Positions 1-10,143 are shown, counted from the first letter of the stretch. The stretch: DNA of 64,000 nucleotides from an uncultured Gammaproteobacteria bacterium (GCA_947259875.1 CAMYNX010000001.1:13755-77754); one strand, 5' to 3'. Translations and numbers: made by a program. Notes: generated from the letters alone by a model not told the origin.

Positions 1-1
1 T

Positions 2-1906
2 CTGACAAGTGTTGGCAGGCATCTGCGTAGCATCCGCTATCGCTGGCAAGTCATGCTTCATGATCTTTGCATGATACCGGTTGCGTGGTTGTCGGCCTAC
101 TGGCTACGTTATAACTTGAGCGATATTCCTGACGAGTTTCTTCATCAGGCATTCGTGGTGCTTCCGTGGGTGATTTTCGCGCAAGGTGTGGTTTTGGTCT
201 TGTTTGGCACTCATCGGGGCTTATGGCGATTTACGTCATTGCCTGATCTTGTGCGGATACTCAAGTCAGTAGTGGTAGGAACAACGCTAGTCGCACTGCT
301 GATATTCCTAATTACCCGACTCGAGTACGTTCCGCGGTCGGTATTTATTTTATATGCCATCTTGCTGGCTGGAGTATTGTGTGGTTCTCGATTACTGTTT
401 CGAATGATCAAGGATCAAAATTTAAGTACCGCGATAGAAAAGCGTGCGCTTGTGATTGGCGCCGGTGCAGCTGGTGAACAACTCGTCAGAGATTTGCGAC
501 GTAATACGAAAAGAATCTGTGAGCCCGTAGCATTTGTAGATGATGACCCTGCAAAAAGCGGCAAAGAAATACATGGGATACGTGTGGTGGGCTCCTGCGG
601 TGTCATCAGAGATCTGGCTGAACGTTGGAATATCGAATTAATATTTATTGCCGTACCTAGCGCAACTGATAAACAGATGCAACGCATTGTTGGACTGTGT
701 GAACAATCCGGGATCGATTTTCGGACTCTTCCTGCCATAAACGACATCGTAACTGGTCAAGTAAGTCTGAGTGATATGCGCGAGGTGCGCATCGATGATT
801 TACTGGGTCGGGATCCGGTGCAGCTAGATTGGGGCCAGATAAAACGTGGATTGAACAATAAAGTAGTGCTAGTAACCGGAGCAGGTGGGTCGATCGGCAG
901 TGAATTGTGCCGTCAGTTGATCAGCGTGGGACCGAAGAAGATTATTCTTTTCGAGAATAGTGAATTCAATCTCTACCAAATCGAACAAGAGTTGACCCGA
1001 AATCATCCAGAATTGAATTGTGCGGCAATTCTTGGAAATGTGTGTGACCGAGCCGCGGTTCATAATATCTTCCAACGTTATACGCCGCAGATCGTGTTTC
1101 ATGCAGCTGCGTATAAGCACGTTCCATTGCTGGAGGGACAACTCAGGGAGGCCGTAAAAAATAACGTTATCGGCTCTTGTGTTGTTGCTAGACAGGCGTC
1201 GAAAAGTAAATGCGAGAAATTCGTTTTGATTTCGACCGACAAAGCAGTAAATCCGACCAGTCTAATGGGTACGTGTAAGCGGGTAGGCGAAATATATTGT
1301 CAAGCGCTTGACACACAGTCTGATACAAAATACGTCACCGTCAGATTCGGCAACGTATTGGGCTCTGCGGGTAGTGTCGTCCCTCTATTTCAGAGGCAGA
1401 TCAAAGAAGGCGGACCCGTGACTGTTACCCACCCTGATGTTACGCGGTATTTTATGACAATCACTGAGGCTACCCAATTGATTCTCGAGGCAAGCACTGT
1501 TGGGAGTGGCGGCGGAATATACGTTTTAGATATGGGAGAACCAATAAGAGTGAGATATCTGGCAGAGCAGATGATCAAGCTTTCTGGAAAGATTCCTGGT
1601 GACGACGTGGCAATTGTATATACCGGTCTACGTCCCGGTGAGAAGCTATATGAGGAGTTGTTTCACTCGGAAGAACCGCTCACTGACACCGAACATGACA
1701 AGATTCTGCTTGCGTCAAGCAGAGAAGTCGAATGGAAGGTAGTTGAACCAATAATTGCGCGGGTCGAAAACGCGGTGGAAAACTTCGACGAGGAAATATT
1801 GGTTAATCTGTTAGCCCATTTAGTTCCTGAATTCTCACAAGCGCACAAAAAACATGACGCCCCTGATTCAGAGATGTTGGTAGTCGGCGATACACTCACA
1901 GGTTAA
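2..1906 (+). CDS. Membrane-bound NDP-sugar 4,6-dehydratase/epimerase, CapD/WbpM/PglF family (probably 5'-partial)
   Basis: N-terminal hydrophobic helices, then Rossmann motif VLVTGAGGSIGSEL, FHAAAYKHVP (YxxxK) and STDKAVNPTSLMGTCKR. The frame is open from nt 2 with no stop before ATG 53. Upstream residues RSIRYRWQV look like the basic N-terminus of this family, so the gene may begin left of the window. Confidence 0.9.
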   Translation: MTSVGRHLRSIRYRWQVMLHDLCMIPVAWLSAYWLRYNLSDIPDEFLHQAFVVLPWVIFAQGVVLVLFGTHRGLWRFTSLPDLVRILKSVVVGTTLVALLIFLITRLEYVPRSVFILYAILLAGVLCGSRLLFRMIKDQNLSTAIEKRALVIGAGAAGEQLVRDLRRNTKRICEPVAFVDDDPAKSGKEIHGIRVVGSCGVIRDLAERWNIELIFIAVPSATDKQMQRIVGLCEQSGIDFRTLPAINDIVTGQVSLSDMREVRIDDLLGRDPVQLDWGQIKRGLNNKVVLVTGAGGSIGSELCRQLISVGPKKIILFENSEFNLYQIEQELTRNHPELNCAAILGNVCDRAAVHNIFQRYTPQIVFHAAAYKHVPLLEGQLREAVKNNVIGSCVVARQASKSKCEKFVLISTDKAVNPTSLMGTCKRVGEIYCQALDTQSDTKYVTVRFGNVLGSAGSVVPLFQRQIKEGGPVTVTHPDVTRYFMTITEATQLILEASTVGSGGGIYVLDMGEPIRVRYLAEQMIKLSGKIPGDDVAIVYTGLRPGEKLYEELFHSEEPLTDTEHDKILLASSREVEWKVVEPIIARVENAVENFDEEILVNLLAHLVPEFSQAHKKHDAPDSEMLVVGDTLTG

Positions 1907-1909
1907 TCT

Positions 1910-3322
1910 ATGTTAGTTCCAGTGATTTTGTCGGGCGGCTCTGGCAGCAGACTCTGGCCCGTTTCACGTCATTTGTTTCCGAAGCAGTTTCATGATCTTA
2001 CGGGAACGGCAACTTTATTGCAGCAAACCGTAAAAAGGGCCTGCCAAGTAGCGTCCAAAGATAGAGTAATGGTTCTGTGTAATGAAGATCATCGATTCTT
2101 GGTTTCGGACCAACTCATGAATAGCGGTGCGTACGAGGTGGAAATTGTCCTGGAACCTAAGGCGTTAAACACTGCCCCCGCGATTACGGTTGCCGCGCTG
2201 CATGCCCGACAATTGTATGGCGTTGTGAACTTATTAGTATTGCCGTCGGACCATCTAATCGTAAGTGACGAGAAATTTCGTAACGCAACAGAAATTGCGG
2301 CACATAATGCTAGTCAAGGCAAGTTAGTCACTTTTGGCATCGTGCCGGATCGGCCGGAAACTGGATATGGCTATATAAGAAGAGGAAAAGTGTTGGACGG
2401 TGATTGCGGTTTTGAGGTGGACCAGTTTCTCGAGAAACCATCTCAAGCGGTGGCAGAAGGTTTAGTACAGAGCGGAGATTATTATTGGAATAGCGGAATG
2501 TTTGTATTCCGTAATGATATCTATCTGGATGAAATCAAAAGGTGGAGGCCCGAAATCTATCAAAGATGTGTTGAGGCAACCGAAAATATAACTCGAGACA
2601 CGAAATTTACGCGTATTGATCCAGTGCCATTTTCCAAATGTCAAAATGATTCGATTGATTATGCAGTTATGGAAAACACCAAGAATGCCGTTGTCGTGCC
2701 TCTTGATACGACATGGAGTGATGTCGGCAGCTGGTCACAATTAGAAAAAGTCATGAGCTCCGATGAGGAAGGTAATGTTACCCAGGGAGATATAATAATC
2801 CGTGATGTTAAGAATTCTTATATTCGTGCGGAGCAACGGCTGGTCGCTGCAATAGGCATCGACAATGTAATCATTGTAGAGACGGATGATGCAGTGCTGG
2901 TGGCCGACAAAGATCGTGATCAAGACGTCAAGGCTATTGTTCAGGAATTGAATGACCGCAGTAGAACCGAAGCCATGGTTCACACTAAGGTCTATCGCCC
3001 CTGGGGATGTTTCCAGACTCTAGATAGTGGTAACGGCTTCCAAGTGAAGAGGCTTGTAATTAATCCTGGTGCCAGCATCTCGCTTCAACTTCATCGGCAA
3101 CGCTCTGAGCATTGGGTAGTCGTTAGCGGTGTAGCCAATGTAACATGCGGAGACGAGACTCTGATATTGAAACCAAATGAGTCTACGTATATTCCGGTGG
3201 ATACCAAACACAAACTCGAAAATTTATCAGAAGTACCTTTAGAAGTGGTAGAGGTGCAAACAGGGCCATACCTTGGCGAAGATGATATTGTCCGTTTCGA
3301 AGATGAATATGGCAGAGTCTAA
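1910..3322 (+). CDS. manC: Mannose-1-phosphate guanylyltransferase / mannose-6-phosphate isomerase (bifunctional type)
   Basis: N-terminal nucleotidyltransferase motif PVILSGGSGSRLWPVSR. C-terminal cupin/PMI part RPWGCFQTLD...LHRQRSEHWVVVSG. 470 aa is typical for this family. Confidence 0.93.
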   Translation: MLVPVILSGGSGSRLWPVSRHLFPKQFHDLTGTATLLQQTVKRACQVASKDRVMVLCNEDHRFLVSDQLMNSGAYEVEIVLEPKALNTAPAITVAALHARQLYGVVNLLVLPSDHLIVSDEKFRNATEIAAHNASQGKLVTFGIVPDRPETGYGYIRRGKVLDGDCGFEVDQFLEKPSQAVAEGLVQSGDYYWNSGMFVFRNDIYLDEIKRWRPEIYQRCVEATENITRDTKFTRIDPVPFSKCQNDSIDYAVMENTKNAVVVPLDTTWSDVGSWSQLEKVMSSDEEGNVTQGDIIIRDVKNSYIRAEQRLVAAIGIDNVIIVETDDAVLVADKDRDQDVKAIVQELNDRSRTEAMVHTKVYRPWGCFQTLDSGNGFQVKRLVINPGASISLQLHRQRSEHWVVVSGVANVTCGDETLILKPNESTYIPVDTKHKLENLSEVPLEVVEVQTGPYLGEDDIVRFEDEYGRV

Positions 3323-3878
3323 AGATATCCCGAATTCATGGCCAATTGAGAGCAACGAAATACCTGATAATGCAGACTTGTTGTACGATGCGGATCAGGT
3401 TAATTGTGCGTTTGACAAACTTGCTGATGATATAAACCATGCTCTCAAGGGACAGTCTCCGCTAGTTGTCTGCGTGTTGATTGGCGGAATCGTAGTAGCG
3501 GGGAGGTTGATCTCGCGACTCAAAATTCCATGTGACATTGGTTATGTGCATGTGTCTCGGTATCGGGATCGGACGCGCGGTGGTGATTTAGATTGGTTGA
3601 CAAACGTTTACGGTCAAGTCGAGAATCGCGTGGTTCTAATCGTCGACGATATACTTGATGAAGGCACAACCTTATTGGAAATTGAGAAGCGCTTGAAGGA
3701 GCAGGGGGCGAGCCGGACATTGAAAGCAGTATTAGTGAAGAAACGCAGACCATCAGTAGTGACTTCAGTCGACTTTTTTGGCTTGGAGGTACCGGATCGA
3801 TATGTGTTCGGGTGCGGGATGGATTACAGAGGTAGGTTTAGAAACTTGCCTGAAGTGTATGCCCTAGCCGAAATTTGA
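3309..3878 (+). CDS. hpt: Hypoxanthine(-guanine) phosphoribosyltransferase
   Basis: PRPP-binding loop VVLIVDDILDEGTTL and C-terminal GCGMDYRGRFRNLPEVY. The ORF track starts at 3273, which overlaps manC by 50 nt. In-frame ATGs at 3303 and 3309 are more plausible starts. Confidence 0.8.
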   Translation: MAESKDIPNSWPIESNEIPDNADLLYDADQVNCAFDKLADDINHALKGQSPLVVCVLIGGIVVAGRLISRLKIPCDIGYVHVSRYRDRTRGGDLDWLTNVYGQVENRVVLIVDDILDEGTTLLEIEKRLKEQGASRTLKAVLVKKRRPSVVTSVDFFGLEVPDRYVFGCGMDYRGRFRNLPEVYALAEI

Positions 3879-4666
3879 TGGGGAACATTGGTGTTATTGT
3901 CGGCTCCGGATTAAGCCGATTGCAGTCATCTGGCGAAGATTATTCGCCTAACATCGACATTACGCCTTACGGGCCAACCTCTGCGAGTTTAAGACAACAT
4001 GAATTAGCAGGTAAGCATATTGTGGTTTTGGCGCGGCACGGACAAAAGCATTCCATCGCGCCCCACGAAATTAATTACCGCGCAAATGTTTGGGCCCTGA
4101 AAACGGCTGACGTAAACATCGTGATTTCCCTTTTTACTGTGGGTGGAATTGGAAATCGATACGGGCCTGGCGTAATTGTCATTCCAGATCAGATTTTGGA
4201 CTACACACAAAATCGCGAGCACACGTTTTTTCAGGATCATGAACCGGTTACGCACATTGACTTTACGTACCCCTTCTGTGAAGCATTGAGAGAACTATTG
4301 ATCCACAGTTCGGCGGAAGCAAATGTAGATGTGGTAAAAAATGGCACGTACGCCGCAACCCAGGGACCAAGACTGGAGACTAGCGCGGAAGTCAGCAAAT
4401 TGGCGCGTGACGGAGCTGACATTGTCGGAATGACGGGGATGCCGGAGGCGGCCTTGGCCCGGGAACTGGGTTTATGCTACGCCTCCATCGCACTGGTCGT
4501 GAATCACGCCGCGGGGCGTGGACAGGGCGTAGTGACCGGATCAGAGATAGAGAACGTATACGCGCAAGGTGCGGATCGATTGTTTAACATCCTGGTAGCT
4601 GCCGTGCCAAAAGCTGAGCAGTTAGGTTTCGAGCTGCCCGATCCTATACGTCCCGGAAGCGGTTAG
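3878..4666 (+). CDS. MTAP-family purine nucleoside phosphorylase (S-methyl-5'-thioadenosine or -thioinosine phosphorylase)
   Basis: Family motifs ITPYGPTS, LARHGQKHSIAPHEINYRANVWALK, GPRLETSAEV and GMTGMPEAALARELGLCYASIALVVN. ATG 3878 shares one base with the hpt stop (TGATG). The track start at 3875 is a TTG one codon earlier. Confidence 0.85.
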   Translation: MGNIGVIVGSGLSRLQSSGEDYSPNIDITPYGPTSASLRQHELAGKHIVVLARHGQKHSIAPHEINYRANVWALKTADVNIVISLFTVGGIGNRYGPGVIVIPDQILDYTQNREHTFFQDHEPVTHIDFTYPFCEALRELLIHSSAEANVDVVKNGTYAATQGPRLETSAEVSKLARDGADIVGMTGMPEAALARELGLCYASIALVVNHAAGRGQGVVTGSEIENVYAQGADRLFNILVAAVPKAEQLGFELPDPIRPGSG

Positions 4667-4667
4667 A

Positions 4668-5351
4668 TCACGGTTGCTGAGTCCAGCGACTTACTTTTAC
4701 CAAGGCTCCGAAGCGCGGATGATCGAAATAATGGATTTCGTTCAATTTCAGGCGGCGTGTTTCTTTTATTATATAAACCGGTGTTTGATAGTAACCTGAG
4801 GAATAGGGTACGGTAGTGTCAGGAATGTTTGTCAGCGGACGATTAAAACGTAATTCAAGCTCAATGAATAAGAGTTTTTTCGAATAAAATCGTACTTGAC
4901 CGGATATAGTTGGTTGTTCACCAATGGAAACTACAGGCGCGTCGTTCTTGTTGATAGCGGGTTGTATCCACGCCAACTGTTTCAGTAGATTGTACCGTGC
5001 ACTACTGCTTAGATCGGCAATGATTTTTCCCAATGTTCCCGTTTGCACGAAGATTAACGGGGGCCTCCCAATCTGTGGATCGCTGGTTGGCGCCGGTTTA
5101 TCTAGATCTAACTCAAGCCGGCGCCCGAACAATTCATTGCCGGCTGAATCAGGTCCCGTGTTCTCAAACACGATAACCTCAATTAAATACGTTTTCTGGC
5201 TGTCCATCTGCGCAGAGACGGACCACATGCTCGTCAACGTAAATATCAGGCATAATGCTTGAAACCAGTACTTTATCTTCACGGCTCGAAGAATCTGCAG
5301 TGCTAATCGAAGCAAGTATGATAGCAGTTTCGCCAACCCTGTTGTGACCAT
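4668..5351 (-). CDS. CsiV-family periplasmic protein
   Basis: YLIEVIVFEN near the N-terminus and IHYFDHPRFGALVKVSRW at the C-terminus match the CsiV family as I remember it. The likely true start is GTG at 5282, giving signal peptide (V/M)KIKYWFQALCLIFTLTSMWSVSAQ. That start removes the 5' overlap with def. Confidence 0.7.
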   Translation of the reverse strand: MVTTGLAKLLSYLLRLALQILRAVKIKYWFQALCLIFTLTSMWSVSAQMDSQKTYLIEVIVFENTGPDSAGNELFGRRLELDLDKPAPTSDPQIGRPPLIFVQTGTLGKIIADLSSSARYNLLKQLAWIQPAINKNDAPVVSIGEQPTISGQVRFYSKKLLFIELELRFNRPLTNIPDTTVPYSSGYYQTPVYIIKETRRLKLNEIHYFDHPRFGALVKVSRWTQQP

Positions 5352-5880
5352 GGCAATTCGGCAAGTTCTGAAAATGGGTCACCCACTTCTTGTTCAAAGA
5401 TCACAGCGGGTACCAGAGTTCCGAAGTGAGGAATTGGATAACCTCGTCGCGGATATGTTTGATACGATGGCGGCGTTGGATGGCGCCGGATTAGCGGCAC
5501 CACAAATTGGTGTTTCCAAGCGAGTCGTGATATTTGGTTTGCAGAGCAATCCTCGCTACCCAGAGGTTGAACCGGTTCCCATGACGGTGCTCGTTAACCC
5601 CACATTAGAGTTTACGTCTTCCGATATGGAGTCAGGCTGGGAAGGTTGTTTGAGTGTACCGGGTATGCGGGGGAGGGTAGACCGCTGTCGGCGCATCCGT
5701 TACACCGGTTTCGACCAGTATGGGGAAGTGATTGACCGCGAAGTGGAGGGTTTCCATGCCAGAGTTGTGCAACACGAGTGTGACCATTTGGACGGTATAC
5801 TGTACCCGATGCGGATCAATGACATGCGTGACTTTGGTTATGAGGATGTGCTTTTCCCCGAGCTGGCAAAAGCCGATTAA
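5344..5880 (+). CDS. def: Peptide deformylase
   Basis: The three deformylase motifs are present: GLAAPQIG, EGCLSVPG and HECDHLDG. Confidence 0.95.
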   Translation: MTMAIRQVLKMGHPLLVQRSQRVPEFRSEELDNLVADMFDTMAALDGAGLAAPQIGVSKRVVIFGLQSNPRYPEVEPVPMTVLVNPTLEFTSSDMESGWEGCLSVPGMRGRVDRCRRIRYTGFDQYGEVIDREVEGFHARVVQHECDHLDGILYPMRINDMRDFGYEDVLFPELAKAD

Positions 5881-8800
5881 TTCAGTAATTCACATAAGTC
5901 TTGGGCGGCCTTAAATCGAGATTCCGGATCAGAAAAGTCGTCGATTAGCTTAAGCGTGGTGGAATTGGCCATTTGGTATTTATCCGGATCCGAATGCAGT
6001 AGCTCAATTAAACGGCCGGGATCAATGTTTGGATTTTCTTCGAAGACGATTCGGCCCCCTTTGGGGCCGATATCCACGCGAACGATCCCGAGTGGTGCCA
6101 GTCGCAACCGCAGTTCGGTGAGCCTGAATAACATTTTTGCCGGTTGTGGAAGCAGACCAAAACGGTCTATCGCCTCTATCTCGAGTTCTCTTAGTTGCTC
6201 TGAGCTCGTGACGTTGGAAATGCGTTTGTACATTGTTAGACGCAGATGAACATCTGGTAAGTATGCGTCTGGGAATAATGTCGGGATATGGAGGTTGATT
6301 TCGAAGGTGGGCTTTTCCAGGTCCAAGTTAACCGCGGGGCTCGTATCCATAGATTTGATTGTCGCTATCGAACGATTCAGGAATTCTGAATACATCGTGA
6401 ATCCAACTTCGTCAATGGCCCCACTTTGTGACTCTCCAAGCAATTCTCCAGCGCCTCGAATTTCGAGATCGTGAGATGCAAGGGCAAAACCGGCGCCCAG
6501 ATCCTCCAATGACTCAATGGCCTGAAGCCGCTTCACTGCATCTAATGTAAGATTCCTAAGAGGAGGGATTAACATAAATGCATATGCTTGGTGATGTGAC
6601 CGACCGACGCGACCTCGTAATTGATGTAATTGAGCCAGACCAAAGCGGTCAGCGCGATTGATGATAATTGTGTTGGCGGTGGGAATATCAATCCCGCTTT
6701 CGATGATTGTAGTGCAAACTAAAATGCTGAATCTCTGATGGTAAAACTCGCTCATGACGTGTTCAAGTTCACGTTCCCGCATTTGTCCATGTGCCACCTG
6801 AATGTCTGCTTCCGGAAGCAGTTGTTTCAAGGTTTGGTTGATTTTTTCTATAGTTCGTACTTCGTTGTGCAAAAAATACACTTGGCCCCCGCGCCTCAAC
6901 TCGCGTAAGCAGGCTTCCCGGATCATTGATTTATTCCATTCACGAACGAATGTTTTTATCGATAGTCTCCTCTTCGGAGGGGTGGCAATAATTGATATGT
7001 CTCGCAAGCCAGACAGCGCGATATTTAAAGTACGCGGTATCGGTGTTGCAGTTAGCGTCAAGATATCAGTCTGTGCTCGTAGTTTTTTCAACTGTTCTTT
7101 TTGACGCACTCCAAAGCGATGTTCTTCATCAATTATGATTAACCCTAAACGTTTGAACCGCACATCCCGTTGTAAAAGTCGGTGCGTACCGATTACGATA
7201 TCAACAGTTCCTTTTTTTAGATTTGATAGGATTTCTGACTGTTGTTTTTGGTTCCGGAACCTCGATAACAACTCGATTATTACCGGTGAATCCGCAAACC
7301 TGTCTGTGAAATTGTAGAAGTGTTGTTGCGCCAACAGAGTTGTTGGTACGAGAATTGCGATTTGCTTGTTTCCTTGAATAGCAAGAAAGGCTGCCCTTAA
7401 AGCGATTTCCGTTTTCCCAAACCCGACGTCACCACATACAAGACGGTCCATAGGTTTATCACTGCACATATCTGCAGTGACATCGTCCACCACTTGTGTT
7501 TGGTCTGGTGTTTCTTCGAAGGGAAATGTAGCGCTAAAAGACATATATGCATCGTCGGGCGGAGGAAAAGGAGTCCCTTTACGCACCGCACGCAGTGTCT
7601 CAACTTCCAATAATTCAACGGCAATGTCATGGGCACGCTGCTTGGCGCGTCGTTTTGCTCTAAGCCAAACCTCACTTCCAAGTTTATGTAAAGGTGCGGA
7701 TTCGGCACTAGCTCCCACAAAACGGCTTACCTTGTGAAGCGACAGCACCGGAATATAGAGTTTATCGCCGCCGTAGTATTCTATTGTAAGAAATTCGGTT
7801 TGATTCTCTTCAATAGTCAAGGTGTTGAGTCCTTGATATCGACCGATGCCGTGTTCATCATGAACCACCGGATCGCCGATTTCGAGCTCTGCTAAAGAAC
7901 GAATTATTGATTCAGGGTCTTGGCTTGCAGTACTACGACGTCGTCTTTGCAAGACACGTGCCCCGTAGAGCTGTCCCTCAGTTAGAACTGCAAGCTTCGG
8001 AGAGTCCAGTAACAGACCGTTCTCTAGTGAACCGACTGTCACCGCGAGGGTATGTGAGGACTGAAGGAATGATTCCCAATTACTCACCACGTGCACGGGT
8101 AAAGATTGATCTCGCAACAGTCCGAGCAGGTTCTCTCTGCGGCCGGCGGTTTCCGCGACCAGCAAGATCCGACCCGGAAAACCTTCGACAAATTCATAGA
8201 ACTTAGCGTACGGCGAAGGCGCCCTAAGGTTTACCGAGAATTCAGGTGGTGCTTGACAGTGATAACGATAAGAATCCACAAGTTCTGGATTGAAAAGTGC
8301 CTGAATCTGGATGCGTGGATATCGAATTAAGCTAGCTTTGACCGCATCGGTACTGATAAATAATTGGTCAGGAGGCACCAGTGCCCGGTCGGTGTCCAGA
8401 GACGCATTTTGGTAGCGATCCTCGATCTCGGCAATGGATGTTTTCAAAGCGTTATCGACGTCTTCGACGAATACGAATGTTGTTCGTTTCGGTAGGTAGT
8501 CAGTAAAAGAGGCGGTGCGCGAAAAAAACAACGGCAAATAGAATTCGATGCCTGGGGGAACTAAACCGTTGCTGATATCTCGATATATACTATACCGTTG
8601 TGGATCGCCGCTGAACAAACGTCGAAAAGCACCCCTGAATACCCTGATTCCAGCTTCGTCCAATGGAAATTCACGAGCGGGAAGCAGTTGTATTGAGTCA
8701 ACCTTGTATTTTGATCGTTGAGTTTCTGGATCAAAATAGCGTATCGACTCCACTTGGTTGTCGAATAAATCAATACGAAAAGGGTGTTCACTTCCGGAAG

Positions 8801-9428
8801 GAAATATATCGATTAAACCTCCTCGCACACTATATTCGCTGGGCGCGATAGTTTGATCGACAGCATGATATCCTGCGGTTTGAAGTTGCGTCCTGAGGGT
8901 ATCAGTTTCCAAATGTTCCCCTACCTGTATACAGAAACTATGTCCGCGGATATATTCAAGAGGCGCAAGGCGTTGCGTCAGATTGCCCGCGGCGATAACT
9001 ATTATTCCTCGTCTCAGGCTCGGCAATTGAGACAATGTTAGAAGTCTGTGGGAAACGATATCCGGATGAGGAGAAAAGTTATCATAAGGAAGACATTCCC
9101 AATCTAGGAAGGTGAACACCGGAATTGGTTTGGAAACACTCAAATAAAACCGGATTTGATCTTCTACCCGCCGTGCGGAACGGGTATCGGCTGTCACGAC
9201 AATCACAACACCCAGCCGTTTCGCCGCTTGCACAATAGCCAGGCCAAGACTGCTTCCGTACAACTGCTGCCAATGAATGAGCGGCCGATCAGGGCTGGGC
9301 AAACTCGGGTCAAACGGAGAAATCAGGCTGCTAGAAGTAGGTTCAGGATTCAAAAGCGGATAGCGCTGCCGTGAAAAAGGTACGCATTGTAACCATGGAG
9401 TAGAGATGTCGCCAGCAAAACCAAGCAA
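5877..9428 (-). CDS. mfd: Transcription-repair coupling factor
   Basis: Collinear with E. coli Mfd as recalled. Motifs: GDVGFGKTE (Walker A), IIIDEEHRFGV, TLTATPIPRTL, LHQLRGRVGRS and the RNAP-interaction region PVVHDEHGIGRY. The maximal ORF starts at TTG 9428. Alignment to E. coli suggests TTG 9353 instead (about 1158 aa). Confidence 0.95.
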   Translation of the reverse strand: MLGFAGDISTPWLQCVPFSRQRYPLLNPEPTSSSLISPFDPSLPSPDRPLIHWQQLYGSSLGLAIVQAAKRLGVVIVVTADTRSARRVEDQIRFYLSVSKPIPVFTFLDWECLPYDNFSPHPDIVSHRLLTLSQLPSLRRGIIVIAAGNLTQRLAPLEYIRGHSFCIQVGEHLETDTLRTQLQTAGYHAVDQTIAPSEYSVRGGLIDIFPSGSEHPFRIDLFDNQVESIRYFDPETQRSKYKVDSIQLLPAREFPLDEAGIRVFRGAFRRLFSGDPQRYSIYRDISNGLVPPGIEFYLPLFFSRTASFTDYLPKRTTFVFVEDVDNALKTSIAEIEDRYQNASLDTDRALVPPDQLFISTDAVKASLIRYPRIQIQALFNPELVDSYRYHCQAPPEFSVNLRAPSPYAKFYEFVEGFPGRILLVAETAGRRENLLGLLRDQSLPVHVVSNWESFLQSSHTLAVTVGSLENGLLLDSPKLAVLTEGQLYGARVLQRRRRSTASQDPESIIRSLAELEIGDPVVHDEHGIGRYQGLNTLTIEENQTEFLTIEYYGGDKLYIPVLSLHKVSRFVGASAESAPLHKLGSEVWLRAKRRAKQRAHDIAVELLEVETLRAVRKGTPFPPPDDAYMSFSATFPFEETPDQTQVVDDVTADMCSDKPMDRLVCGDVGFGKTEIALRAAFLAIQGNKQIAILVPTTLLAQQHFYNFTDRFADSPVIIELLSRFRNQKQQSEILSNLKKGTVDIVIGTHRLLQRDVRFKRLGLIIIDEEHRFGVRQKEQLKKLRAQTDILTLTATPIPRTLNIALSGLRDISIIATPPKRRLSIKTFVREWNKSMIREACLRELRRGGQVYFLHNEVRTIEKINQTLKQLLPEADIQVAHGQMRERELEHVMSEFYHQRFSILVCTTIIESGIDIPTANTIIINRADRFGLAQLHQLRGRVGRSHHQAYAFMLIPPLRNLTLDAVKRLQAIESLEDLGAGFALASHDLEIRGAGELLGESQSGAIDEVGFTMYSEFLNRSIATIKSMDTSPAVNLDLEKPTFEINLHIPTLFPDAYLPDVHLRLTMYKRISNVTSSEQLRELEIEAIDRFGLLPQPAKMLFRLTELRLRLAPLGIVRVDIGPKGGRIVFEENPNIDPGRLIELLHSDPDKYQMANSTTLKLIDDFSDPESRFKAAQDLCELLN

Positions 9429-10143
9429 CTCAGAAACCCGGACCTGCTGGGGGATTGTGCCCGCTGCGGGTATCGGTAAACGTATGAGATCAGAGATTCC
9501 AAAGCAATATCTAACAATTGAAGGGCGATCGGTTTTGGAACACGCGTTGTCCCAGTTGTGGGAGGTCCCGGCGCTGAGCGGAATTGTGGTGTGTATTCAT
9601 GCTCGGGATTCACATTGGTGTAAATTGAGCATACGACACTCCAAACTGCTCGGGACAGTAACCGGTGGCGAGACGCGTGCCGAGTCGGTGATAAATGGCG
9701 TCCGTTTTCTTCAGCAATGGGGCGATCCGGAAGACTGGGTACTCGTGCATGATGCGGTTCGTCCCTGTGTCTGGCCCGATAGTATTCAGACTCTTATCGA
9801 CAACGTTCATTCTGATGATGGGGGGCTGTTAGCGGTGCCTGTCACTGACACCGTCAAAAAAGTGAATCCCAATTACTGTGTCGATCTTAGTATCAATCGG
9901 GAATCTTTATGGTTGGCGCAAACTCCACAGTTTTTCAAACTTGGCTTGCTGGAGCAGGCATTGAATCGTGCCGTGTCCGACCACGCGTTCATTACTGACG
10001 AGGCCAGCGCTATGGAATATGACGGCTATCACCCAAAGGTCATACGAGGAAGTTTGGATAACATTAAGGTCACAACACCCGACGATCTTATTTTGGCGTC
10101 TTTTTATCTCCACCAACGTACCACAATCGGTCAATCGACATGA
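9406..10143 (+). CDS. ispD: 2-C-methyl-D-erythritol 4-phosphate cytidylyltransferase
   Basis: N-terminal IVPAAGIGKRM motif and VLVHDAVRPC. It is immediately followed by and overlaps ispF (ATGA at 10140). Confidence 0.92.
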   Translation: MSPAKPSNSETRTCWGIVPAAGIGKRMRSEIPKQYLTIEGRSVLEHALSQLWEVPALSGIVVCIHARDSHWCKLSIRHSKLLGTVTGGETRAESVINGVRFLQQWGDPEDWVLVHDAVRPCVWPDSIQTLIDNVHSDDGGLLAVPVTDTVKKVNPNYCVDLSINRESLWLAQTPQFFKLGLLEQALNRAVSDHAFITDEASAMEYDGYHPKVIRGSLDNIKVTTPDDLILASFYLHQRTTIGQST

